From: Utricularia gibba
Taxonomy: Eukaryota > Plantae > Magnoliophyta
Direction of reading: 5' to 3'
Length of the DNA: 64,000 bases
Assembly (NCBI GenBank): GCA_002189035.1
Contig: CM007992.1
Coordinates: 3,224,001 to 3,288,000, forward strand
Below are positions 22,706 to 32,761 of the stretch, piece after piece; positions within the stretch are counted from its first letter, which is position 1, and every line of letters begins with the position of its first letter. The notes beneath the pieces were generated by a model. The model did not search any database. It saw only the letters and a program-made list of their open reading frames with translations, and had not been told where the DNA came from. The position numbers and the translations under genes were made by a program.

Positions 22706-24061
22706 ATGAATTCTGGAGGAAGTCTAGGGCATCCTTGTATCGTTGAAAATCTCATTAATCTAGCATCTCGAGGTCATCTGTGTGAGGCAATTGATAATTT
22801 GCCCATATTATTGCGCAAAGGCGTTCGTTTGAAATCCAAAACAATTGCCTTCCTGATTCATCAGTGCTCCCATGAGAAATCTATTGAACTTGCGAACTTG
22901 GTTTGCATGCACTTGAAGCGCACAGGTAGGAAACGTCTCAGTACATTTTTGTCCAATAATTTGATTGACATGTATGCCAAATGTGGTGATCATGTAAAGG
23001 CACGTGAGATATTTGATAAAATGGCTGATCGAAATTTGTTTTCTTGGAATGCTATGCTTTCGGGGTATTCAAAATTAGGGATGTTAAGGGCAGCAAAAAA
23101 ATTATTTGATAAAATGCCGGAGGAGAAGGATTTTGTTAGTTGGAATACGATGATGATGGCGTATGTACAGACCGGCTGGTTTGCTGAGGCATTTACGCTG
23201 TATATGGAGTTGAGAAAGAAGGATATTGGATTGAACGAATACAGTTTTGCAGGTGTCTTAAAAGCTTGCGTTAGATTGAAATATTTGTTCTTAGCGAGAC
23301 AATTGCATTGTCAGGTTCTTGTTGTTGGCTTTCTGTCAAATGTGGTTCTTTCCAGCTCTATTATGGATGCCTATGCGAAATGTGGTCAGGTGGGTGATGT
23401 CGAGAACATATTTCTTGGCATGACAACCAGGGATGCTTTTACTTGGACTATTCTTGTGTCGGCTTATTCCCAAGCAGGCTACATGGGATCAGCCCAGGAA
23501 GTTTTTGATGCGATGCCAGAGAAGAACACAATATCTTGGAATGCACTAATTGGGGGTTATGTAAACAATGATCTGGGGTACCATGCTATTAAATCATTTT
23601 CAAAGATGATCACATTTGGGCGTGAACCAGATCAATTCACTTATAGTGCTGTTTTGCTTGCTTGTGCCAACATCGCATCCCTTGAGTTTGGTAGGCAACT
23701 TCACTGTCATGTGGTGACTTCTGGTTGTAGGCTCAACGTACACATGGTGAGCTCTCTCATTCGCATGTATTCATCGTGTAAGAAACGAGGAATTGCTAAA
23801 AGTGTTCTCTACACTGCTGAACAACAGCACATCATGCCATGGAACACCATGATATCTACCTTATCAGATCAAGGATTTGGAAGAGAAGCAGCCAAGGTAT
23901 TCTTTGAGATGCTAGGCTTGGGTGTCAAACCAGAAAGCACCACGTTTCTCATTCTTTTTCATGCGTGTAAAAGGTCAGGACTTGCGAAAGAAGCAGTTTC
24001 CTTGTTTCAGTCTATGAAATCCGATTGCAACATTATTTCAAAGCTTAGGGTACATCTATAA
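22706..24061 (+). CDS. PLS-class PPR protein, At2g21090-like, C-terminally truncated (possible pseudogene)
   Basis: 451-aa intronless ORF with PLS repeats (NLFSWNAMLSGY, DFVSWNTMM, NTISWNALIGGY). It stops at MKSDCNIISKLRVHL*, just where HYACxIDLLGRAG and the E domain should begin. Confidence 0.8.
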   Translation: MNSGGSLGHPCIVENLINLASRGHLCEAIDNLPILLRKGVRLKSKTIAFLIHQCSHEKSIELANLVCMHLKRTGRKRLSTFLSNNLIDMYAKCGDHVKAREIFDKMADRNLFSWNAMLSGYSKLGMLRAAKKLFDKMPEEKDFVSWNTMMMAYVQTGWFAEAFTLYMELRKKDIGLNEYSFAGVLKACVRLKYLFLARQLHCQVLVVGFLSNVVLSSSIMDAYAKCGQVGDVENIFLGMTTRDAFTWTILVSAYSQAGYMGSAQEVFDAMPEKNTISWNALIGGYVNNDLGYHAIKSFSKMITFGREPDQFTYSAVLLACANIASLEFGRQLHCHVVTSGCRLNVHMVSSLIRMYSSCKKRGIAKSVLYTAEQQHIMPWNTMISTLSDQGFGREAAKVFFEMLGLGVKPESTTFLILFHACKRSGLAKEAVSLFQSMKSDCNIISKLRVHL

Positions 24062-24340
24062 GATACATGTTTGTTTCTGGATTTGAGAACAAGAAAGACT
24101 CACCAAAAAATCTAGCAATTCATCATTCATCTCCTGGTGAACAATAGATTGAGATTTGAAGGAAGCTCTCTTCTTATGTCCTTTAGTGAAAGTGAAGAGA
24201 AGAGAGAGAAGCGAAGGCTTGCATCTTGAGATGGATATTGTTACACTCAATATCGAGTCTTACACTCAGCATAGTGGTGCCTTGGGGGCTGCTGAGTGTG
24301 GGGCAGTGTATGTCTGCCGAGTGTCCATCACCGAGTTTAA

Positions 24341-24627
24341 GCAACCAAGCGCCTCGGCAGTCCAGACCTTGCACATTGTTGTCAGTTTCCTACGGTAGGA
24401 CAGTGGTTCATGGAAGCTGGAAAAGAAGCAATAAACAAGCTACTCAAGGGATGTTCCGGCTTGGAAGTGTCGGAGGATGATGATTATAAACACATTAACA
24501 TAGAGGATGAGGTTATTTCCCCAGGATCTCTCTCGAGTGTTAAATCTCAGGCGACGTTTCCTTCAGCACGGTTGGAAGAACTGGATATTCTCGTCTTGAC
24601 AGATTCCAACAGTTGAACTGAAGCCAG
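24341..24627 (+). pseudogene. Inverted, decayed copy of the EXO84C last intron end, last exon and start of 3' UTR
   Basis: Aligns with the reverse complement of 50513-50829. MEAGKEAINKLLKGCSGLEVSEDDD...SARLEELDILVLTDSNS* compares with [25 protein letters not shown]...[17 protein letters not shown]. It has an in-frame TAG and a 1-nt deletion just after the acceptor. Confidence 0.9.
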
Positions 24628-24756
24628 CGGGTCTTGTAGTTTTTTTTTTTTCAATGACGAACCAGTGGCTCTTGTAGTAACTCGACCAACAAGCATGTAG
24701 TGCTTGTGTACTTGCCATTGTTTTTTAAAGTTTTTAAAGAAATTTTTTTTATGGGC

Positions 24757-24936
24757 TCATGCGAAATTGCTCATTTCTCGTACTCCCAGAGGAGATGAGT
24801 TCTCTTCTCCTCATGGTGTTGCTGTGGATATCAATGATGTGATTTGGGAGCCATTTAAGCTTTCTCTCCTTCCAAATGACATCTGAATTGTTGAAGTGAA
24901 GCCAATGCAATTCCTCATAAAAGGATAACAAAAATG
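24757..24936 (+). pseudogene. Third terpene synthase 3'-end fragment
   Basis: Aligns with 21882-22065 ([31 protein letters not shown] plus 3' UTR), with a 6-nt deletion. Confidence 0.92.
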
Positions 24937-25573
24937 GTACAGATTCAGGTAAGCTGGCTGCAAAACGCAGAGTCTCAGACCTTCAAGGAGACCTCTTCAT
25001 TCCAAAACTTGCTTTTTTTTTTTTTTTTCTGATTCGTTTTCTTGTTCCCAGTTTTTACAGTAACAATGTGGCTACGAAAATCCCCAAGATTAGGAAGTAA
25101 CCGTTCTCCCTGCAACACCAGCAAAGAAGATAGTAAGCAACAACACGCTAAGTGTGCGTTATTCCGGACAAGTGAATGTGATCTGTGTTTACTATGGAGG
25201 AGCAATTCGGTTCCAAGGGCCTGTAGGCATTTCGTTGATCAACAATGGGAGCTTGGCCTTTTAGCAAACATTTTCTCCTCTGTCTCAAGAACCTGTGGAA
25301 TATTAAACACAGAGAGACACACATCATCGATGGTGAGTATTCCCAGATAACATGAGATTGATTGATCACACACGCACCTCACTTCACACAGAATTCTGTC
25401 TCTTTTTAGCATTGCAGTTCTCTTTTCCTTCTTCCTGCAAAAGAAGAGTCATTTGTATCTCTGCTTCCTCATTTTGTTAAGGTATGAACGGTTATCCATT
25501 GATAGATCGGAATAATACAACCCTCCATCCATCTGAGTTTCTTCCAACTGAGATGGCCTTCAAAGGCCTTGCA

Positions 25574-28500
25574 TTAATTTGGAAGCAGAGCAAATGTTCC
25601 AGAATTCGGGGTGCATCCATCCACGATCATCTCCTCGTATACAGAGTAGGCACGATCGAGGTCGCCGGAGACGCTGTGAACTCGAATAAGAGCATTATAC
25701 GTGAAGACGTCTGGTTTAAGGCCGACAAGGTGGAGTTCCTCGTACATTTTCAGCGCTTCCTCTGTCATTCCAGCATTCCCAAGATTGAGTATTAAGGTGT
25801 TGAAGGTATAAAGAGCTGGAGTCATTCCACAGCTCCTCATCTCTTCTACAATGGCCATTGCTTTGATGAGTTGCCCAGCCCTGCACAGGCCATTGATGAT
25901 GATGTTGTAACAAATGGAATCAGGATCAAACCCGGATGCCTTTATTTCCTCGAAGTAGAGAATAGCTTCATCCACCATTCCCACAGAGCAGAAGCAGTCA
26001 ACAAGAATGCTGTAGGACTTGAGATCAGGTCTGATCCCTTCACTAACCATTCTGTGAAAGAGCTCCTTGGCAGTCTCCATGTTGCCTGCTTTCCCAAAGC
26101 CATTGATGAGTATGTTGTAGATGGCACAGTTTGGTTTGCATCCATATTCCGCCATTTCGTCTAACAAATTCATGGCGGCATCAAACTTTTTGAGCTTCAG
26201 CAGACCATCTATCAGGGGCCCGTATGTACATGCAGTAGGAGAAAATCCTTCACCAACTAGATCATCATAGAGTTCTATTGCCTTCTCCACCTGGTTCGAC
26301 TTCACGAGACTGGAGATGATTATGTTGTGAGTGATGGTGTCCGGTTGGCATTTCAGATGAAGCATCTCGTTGTACAGTTGAAAAAGCTCATCCGTCTTCC
26401 TGCACTTTCCAAGATCATCAAGCAACAGATTATATGTGGGAGTGGTTGGTGTACAGCCACTAGTCCTCATGAAGGTGTAAGTATCCCAAGCGAGTTGGCT
26501 GAAGCTGATATTGAGAAGACCTTCTATTAAATGGTAATAAGCTTCCGGAGTAGGATGAAACCTCCATGAATTTGCCCACTTCTGGAATAACTTGTGGGCA
26601 TCAAGCGGCTTCTTTTGTCTGCACACTGCCTTGATAATGGGCTCCATGATCAAGTGATTCTGGCAAACACCAAGGGACACCAGAGTTTCTGCAAAGCAAG
26701 TGCAATGTGTTAACTCTGCTCCCTGCACAACTCCAGACATGAGGTTTTCCCAGAAGCATTCATCAAATGATTTTTTGTGCTTACTAACAAAATCTGAAAC
26801 AACTTTACAAGCTTTCTCAACTAAACCATGTCTCAACAAACCAGGGGTTAGTGTATAGATGGTTACATGGTCAGGATGCAATATTTTTCTCATTTGATTG
26901 AAAAGCCAGAAGGCTTCTGTCATTCTATCAGTTTTTACTAGTCCAGATATCAATGTGTTGTAACTATAAACATCAGGGAAGCAATCCATTTCTGTCATGG
27001 AATAAAGCTTTTTCAGCGCTGTATCAACCTCTTCATTCTTGCAAAGACCATCAAGAAGAGTATTGAAAGTTATTGTATTTGGAGCACATCCCTTATCTGC
27101 CATGGTTTTGAATAACTCATAGCCTTCTTTAAACTTGCCCTCCTTCACCATTCCAGCCAACAATGTATTGTAAGTCACAACTGTAGGGGCAAGTTTTAAA
27201 TCCTTCATTTTGCAGAACATTTCCCAGGCCTCATTTGGTCGATTCCCTTTGTAGAGTGTGTCGATCAAGGAATTCAAAACCATAACATCAGGATGACAGC
27301 CATTATCAATCATCTCATCAAGCAACTGAATTGCTTCATCAGTTTTCCCTGCACTACTGTAACACTTTATCAGCATGTTATAAGATATAGAATCTGGCAT
27401 CAGCCCAATCTGTTTCATTTCTTCAAATATCCTTTTCCCTTCCCCAAGTCTACCTGCTTCAGCTACGCTATACAAGGATGCATTGCAGGCAATGATATTC
27501 GGGACAATGCCATGCAATTTCATAAGCTCAAAGGTTTCAACAGCCTTATCTACCTCTCCCAATTTTCCATAACAGTCAATGAACAAAATGTAAGTGTATG
27601 CATCAGCTTGAATCCCACAAGATTCCATCTGATTTAAGAGCTCCAATGCTTCACTCAATCTTTGCAACCTTAGAAGCCCACAAATCATTGAGTTGTAAGT
27701 ATGAATGTTGGGCAGTATTCCCACCTCTCTCATTTCATTTAGCACAGTAAACGCTTCTCCAACTCGGTTCAACTTGAACAAAGCCTCGATAAGTATAGTG
27801 AAAGTAACAACATCTGCTTTATAACCATCAACCTCCATCAAATTTTTGTACTCCTTTAAAGAGTCCAAATCCCCAATGCTGCTGAACTTGTCCAACATAG
27901 TAATGTATGTCACACGATCAGGCCTATGGCTGCTGTTTCTCATCTTCATGAAGACCTCTTTGGCAACCGCCATTCTCTCTGCTCTACAAAGAGCATCTAT
28001 GAGAACAGTATATGTAATGACATCAGGCGGACATCCTTCCTCATTCATCCTATTTAATAAACCATATGCCTCATCAATCTTTCCAGCACGCCCCAATGCT
28101 CTTATGCAGATTGTAAAAGTGTATATATTTGGCCTCAAACCCAAGCTTTCCATCTCCTGTAGCAAGCTCAAGGTTGTCTCAATATACCTTCCCTTGCCAC
28201 TTGCTACCATTAAAGCGGAGTATGTCTTCATACTGGGTTTCAGCCCCTCTGAAATCATTCTTCTATAAATCAGCATAGCCTCACAATAACAACCAGCTTG
28301 AAGAAGCAAATGTATCAACCCGTTATAGGAATATGCATTCAGAACAAATCCACGCTTTCCCATCTTCTCAACTGCATATGGTGCCTTCCTAATACCTCCC
28401 CTGGCATCAACACTTCTAAATAGAATCAAAAAAGTATCTAAATTTCGATAAATAATTCGTTTCTGCATCATATCAAACACTAATACCATATCCTCCAATC

Positions 28501-28807
28501 TTCCTTCCACCCTCAGAAGCTCAAGCATATAGTTACAAGTCTCTGTAGTGTGCAACAAATGAGGCATATTATCTACAGATTTAAAAAAAGAAAAAGCATT
28601 ATCCAAGTCATTCATCGACTTCAAACGTGCAATTATCTTCTCCGACGACATGTTTTTTTTAGTACTCAGCGACAAAATCACTTCATCAGGGGCTTTGCCG
28701 ACACACCCACGAAAAGAAACGCTCTTTATCCTCATTTTCTTCCAGTCTATCACCGGGAGGTATCTTGAAACGGAAGGGGAGTCGATTTGTCTTTGAGATG
28801 AAGCCAT
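25574..28807 (-). CDS. PGR3: PROTON GRADIENT REGULATION 3, chloroplast P-class PPR protein
   Basis: Intronless 1077-aa ORF of tandem P-type repeats with the characteristic HTTETCNYMLE, GFVLNAYSYNGLIHLL and terminal GCTPNSGTFALLPN. Confidence 0.92.
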   Translation of the reverse strand: MASSQRQIDSPSVSRYLPVIDWKKMRIKSVSFRGCVGKAPDEVILSLSTKKNMSSEKIIARLKSMNDLDNAFSFFKSVDNMPHLLHTTETCNYMLELLRVEGRLEDMVLVFDMMQKRIIYRNLDTFLILFRSVDARGGIRKAPYAVEKMGKRGFVLNAYSYNGLIHLLLQAGCYCEAMLIYRRMISEGLKPSMKTYSALMVASGKGRYIETTLSLLQEMESLGLRPNIYTFTICIRALGRAGKIDEAYGLLNRMNEEGCPPDVITYTVLIDALCRAERMAVAKEVFMKMRNSSHRPDRVTYITMLDKFSSIGDLDSLKEYKNLMEVDGYKADVVTFTILIEALFKLNRVGEAFTVLNEMREVGILPNIHTYNSMICGLLRLQRLSEALELLNQMESCGIQADAYTYILFIDCYGKLGEVDKAVETFELMKLHGIVPNIIACNASLYSVAEAGRLGEGKRIFEEMKQIGLMPDSISYNMLIKCYSSAGKTDEAIQLLDEMIDNGCHPDVMVLNSLIDTLYKGNRPNEAWEMFCKMKDLKLAPTVVTYNTLLAGMVKEGKFKEGYELFKTMADKGCAPNTITFNTLLDGLCKNEEVDTALKKLYSMTEMDCFPDVYSYNTLISGLVKTDRMTEAFWLFNQMRKILHPDHVTIYTLTPGLLRHGLVEKACKVVSDFVSKHKKSFDECFWENLMSGVVQGAELTHCTCFAETLVSLGVCQNHLIMEPIIKAVCRQKKPLDAHKLFQKWANSWRFHPTPEAYYHLIEGLLNISFSQLAWDTYTFMRTSGCTPTTPTYNLLLDDLGKCRKTDELFQLYNEMLHLKCQPDTITHNIIISSLVKSNQVEKAIELYDDLVGEGFSPTACTYGPLIDGLLKLKKFDAAMNLLDEMAEYGCKPNCAIYNILINGFGKAGNMETAKELFHRMVSEGIRPDLKSYSILVDCFCSVGMVDEAILYFEEIKASGFDPDSICYNIIINGLCRAGQLIKAMAIVEEMRSCGMTPALYTFNTLILNLGNAGMTEEALKMYEELHLVGLKPDVFTYNALIRVHSVSGDLDRAYSVYEEMIVDGCTPNSGTFALLPN

Positions 28808-28834
28808 TTTTTCGGTTCAGAATAAAGGGAATGC

Positions 28835-28987
28835 GTCACAGAAGAAGTTGAGGAAGGAGATGATTCAAAAGCAACCAACTTGGCATCAAGACTCACAATA
28901 AAGGGAGCGGAGTAGAGGGGAAATGGAGTCACAGGGGAAGTTGGAGAAGGAGAAGATACAAAAGCAACGAACTTGGCGTCAAGATTC
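28835..28987. repeat. Two imperfect 60-bp direct repeats upstream of PGR3
   Basis: 28835-28894 and 28928-28987 share gtcacag...gaagttg..gaaggaga.gat.caaaagcaac.aacttggc.tcaaga.tc; spacing 93 bp. Confidence 0.85.
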
Positions 28988-29897
28988 CAGATTTTTGCAT
29001 CTATCTATTCTATGAACTTTTCCATCCACTTATTTTCAATTATCGGGAAAAATATCTCCCCAATGACCAGAAAATTGCAAAACTTGTCAATTTTGTTTTC
29101 TCCATTTATGATTTTAGATATTAGTGTTTTGTAATTTCAAAATTAATCATATCTGTTTAATTAATTAAAAAATACAACATTATTGTTTATAAAAAATTCA
29201 CAGATTTCAATCACTAATGATAATTCATAGTTAACTTATGCACACCTTATCATGAAAAACAATCTACAACCTTAAACATTGTGGAGTTGTTGAATATTAG
29301 TTGAGATTTGGCTTTGATCGTGATGGATCTCTAAAATTTTAGTTTCGATCATGTAACAAGATCGAATATATGTCAAAATTCAATTAGAATCAAACATAAA
29401 TTGAGTTATAGAAAATGAAAAATAGCAATTGGAGTTAAAAGATCTATTTCAATATACAATTCTAAACATGATGGAAGTTAAAATTTTAGAGACCAATCTT
29501 AATTGAAGCCAAATATCAATGCATATTTGATGGCTCTGTAGACGGTTAGAGTTCTAGATTACATGATATTTGAAAAAGGGTATGTAGGTTAACTATGCAT
29601 CTATAAATTGAAATTTGAAATTATTGTATTTTATAAACAATAATGTTACATTTTGAAACTAATATAGGAATAATTTTGAAATTATAAAATATTAATAACT
29701 AAAGTTGTAAACTGAGGAAACGAAATGGCAGATTTGACAATTTGTTTCTAACAATAACTCATTTCTCTTTTTTTTAAAAAAAGAAATGTTTTGACTATAT
29801 GCCACGTGGCATGCCTCCGGCATCCACGACCGACGCTTTTCTAGTAGTTACCTTTACCGGCACCTCTTCACGTTCTTCAACTCAGAGCACCAGGAAA

Positions 29898-30206
29898 ATG
29901 GCAAACGGTAATGGGGATGAGCTTAGGAAGAGCGCAGATACGCACAAGATGAGCCCAGAGGAGGTCAAGAGACTCGGACTTCAGGGATCCGTACGACCGC
30001 CGGGAACACATCCCGGCGGAATCCTTCATCAACGGCGGAGAATGCCGTACAGCATGACTACCATCCTACTCGGAGGCCTCGCCTTCTCCGGTGCACTCTG
30101 GTACTTGGCACTCTACATCAAGAAGAAGCCCGAGGCCTCCGCTGGTGAGGTCGCCAAAGTCGCCGCCGGAGTTGCGAAACCGGAGGACACTCATCCTCGG
30201 AAGTAG
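29898..30206 (+). CDS. Uncharacterised small single-pass membrane protein
   Basis: 102-aa ORF from MANGNG, with one hydrophobic segment (ILLGGLAFSGALWYLALYI) followed by KKKPEASAGEVAKV; GC-rich coding-like composition. Confidence 0.75.
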   Translation: MANGNGDELRKSADTHKMSPEEVKRLGLQGSVRPPGTHPGGILHQRRRMPYSMTTILLGGLAFSGALWYLALYIKKKPEASAGEVAKVAAGVAKPEDTHPRK

Positions 30207-30627
30207 CGCGCATTTTACTTACATGGTTCCCGTTACTTCCACAGTTTCAGTGTTAGATAATCTGCAGTCTTCGTTTTTACCTTGTTCGTATGAATTTGGA
30301 AAAATCACCGCGTAACTAGAGAGAATTGCAGGCCTTCTCTCTGAAGGCAATTATGGCAATTACCAGTGAGTTAATGGCAATGATTGCTGTGCATAAGCCA
30401 AGTTTGACAGTTTCTTAGCGAATTGATTCCCTAAAAATTCCGAGCAACATCAAACGGCCAAAAGATCAGAGTTTGGAGAGGCTAAGGTCAATATAGAAGG
30501 TAAGGTTGCAGGAAAAATGGCGATGAACCTTTATTGCTACTATACCACTATAATCCCACCTCCCCAGTTGATCTTTGCTGTCTAGAATGCATCCCCACTA
30601 AGCAGTTTCTGCTAAACGCAGCACGAG

Positions 30628-32645
30628 ATGAAACCTTCCGCCTTCCCGGCATCTGCAACCATTGCCTTATTGTTCTTAATTTGTATTCAGACTTGGGAAG
30701 TTCATTCTTTGTCTGTAGAACATGGCGAATGCAAGGCGTGGCTTGTCCAGTCCATCCCTACTGATATGCCCAAACTCCCCCTCGTTCCCGGCGTTCTTTC
30801 CAGTGGTAAACATCTCTAGTTGTTTTCTTTCTGTGGGTTTCTCGGAAGGCTCACTTTTCACCATTTTGATGGTGATTTGGTGTCCCCAGGTGATGTTTTC
30901 CGGTGGCTAGCGGGTAATTCTTCGCGCAATTTGGATATCATAGTACAGTACTGGCAATTGGTAGCCGAACCAGATAACCCTAATTCAGGGGATTACGGTT
31001 ATTCAAAAGAGGAGATGGAGAGTTTTGGTAGTGATCAAGGATTACAAGTGTATCAAGCACTAGAAAATGCAGCTCAGCGCAATGTCAGCATAAGGTAACT
31101 CTCCTTTTCCGATAGTTCTTCCTCCTCGCTGCATTGAGTCTCCCCATTTATGCTTCGAACCAGAATTGTACAGCACTCTGGTGTCTACCCAGACTACGCA
31201 AACGAATCAGCTGCACTTGCATCTGGCAGACCGAATGTGCAAAACATTACCTTGCTCTTGAGTGATTGGTGGGGATCTGGCATTGTTCATGCTAAGGTCT
31301 GGATATCAGATAACAGAGATGTATACATTGGTTCTGCTAACAATGACTGGAAATCCTTAACTCAGGTACACTACTCGAAAAATCTGACACTCTGCAACTT
31401 GTTTGCATACCAACTGTTTGGATAAATGCAGGTGAAGGAACTGGGGATATATCTAGTTGGATGCCAAAAGATCGCCAAACGGGTCGAGGTTTACATGAAG
31501 AATTTGTTAACACTATCGAAGCTGAACGCATCAGAATATGCAAAACCAGTGTGGGATGATCAGTGGCAGGTTGAGCGAAAGGTTCCCTGTTGGTCTCATT
31601 TCTTTCCTCCCAAAGAAAGATGCAGGTGCACCATACTAACTGGATTATGATGAGTTTGTGATAGTTCAAGGAGAAGAATGCAGAGTAGCCTATCTTGCTT
31701 ATGATCTACTGCTTGTTATGCTTCACAGGGCGCCTGTTCCAGAGTATGTGAATGTAGATCATGTAGCTGGATATCCGGTGCTATCCGACCCCGAAACTTT
31801 CCATGTTTCGTTGATCACCCCCGGAATCAATTCGACATCACAGCCCCAGGAGAATATCCACTACTTGTCCTTCGCTCCACCAGAGGTTTTCTTGTTTTGC
31901 ACTATGCTCTGTGAGAAGGCAAGAGGAACAACTGTTTATGCTATTTCTCCTTTTGCAGCTATCGTTTGGGAAGTATGCGGCGGACGAGCAGGCGTGGACG
32001 GAGACGATAAAATCAGTTCCAGTTGGAGGGACAGTTAGGATCAGCACTATGGATTGGCTTGGTCAGTCAGAATACGCATCACAGACTGTGTTTTGGCCGA
32101 CATTGTCTTCAGCCATATCTGAGGTGCTCGTTTCTGTAAGTAAGAATGCTTCACAGGCCTGCTTCCTCTGATAATCCCTCGCTGTGTAGGTTGTTTACAG
32201 CAAGAGCGCGAAGGTGAAGCTTCTCGTCGCCAAATGGGTGCATTCAATCAGCAACACAGATGAGTACCTGAAGTCTCTGCTCTACACCAACAACCTCTGT
32301 TCTTCCTCAAAGTACAACCAGTGCAATGGGAAAGTTGAGATAAAGTATTACATTGTCCCTGGGTTCAACGTCACCGGTCCGGCGATCTACAACGGAGCTC
32401 CCACCGGAAATGTGTATCCAGGTTACACAAGAGTGAACCATGGGAAATATGCTGTGAGCGACATAAGAGCACATATCGGCACCAGTAATCTCATATGGGA
32501 TTACTTTTACAATACAGCAGGAGTTAGCTTTGGAACATATAACCTTGGCATCGTGGGGCAACTTCAGGGTATCTTCGACGCCGATTGGAGTTCGCCGTAT
32601 GCGGTGGCTGTGGAGCCACTGGAAGAGGGTACAAGATCAAGCTGA
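30628..32645 (+). CDS. PLD3/PLD4-like (phospholipase D Z-like) secreted HKD-family enzyme
   Basis: Seven in-frame exons, an N-terminal signal-like segment, LVQSIP, and two HxKxxxxD motifs (HAKVWISD...YIGSANND and HGKYAVSD...HIGTSN). No C2 or PX/PH domain. Confidence 0.9.
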
Positions 32646-32761
32646 TACCTTTTTCTTCTGTGATGTCTTTGATTACACTTGATATTATATCAAAGGTTTG
32701 GACAATAAACAACACTGAAAGGATGCAACGACACTGAGCTGTTTTGGCTTCACAATCCCAT

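Noticed and set aside
24975-25480. Short ORFs downstream of PGR3
   Set aside because: No recognisable homology; more simply 3' UTR or UTR-intron sequence of PGR3.
29799-29897. 33-residue N-terminal extension of the small membrane protein
   Set aside because: It looks like promoter or UTR sequence (contains the G-box-like gccacgtggc); the ATG at 29898 has the better context.
1-32645. A carnivory or digestion module (aspartic protease plus PLD3-like enzyme plus cuticle KCS)
   Set aside because: The species is unknown, the genes are up to 30 kb apart among unrelated genes, all have orthologues in non-carnivorous plants, and the protease is not of the nepenthesin type.
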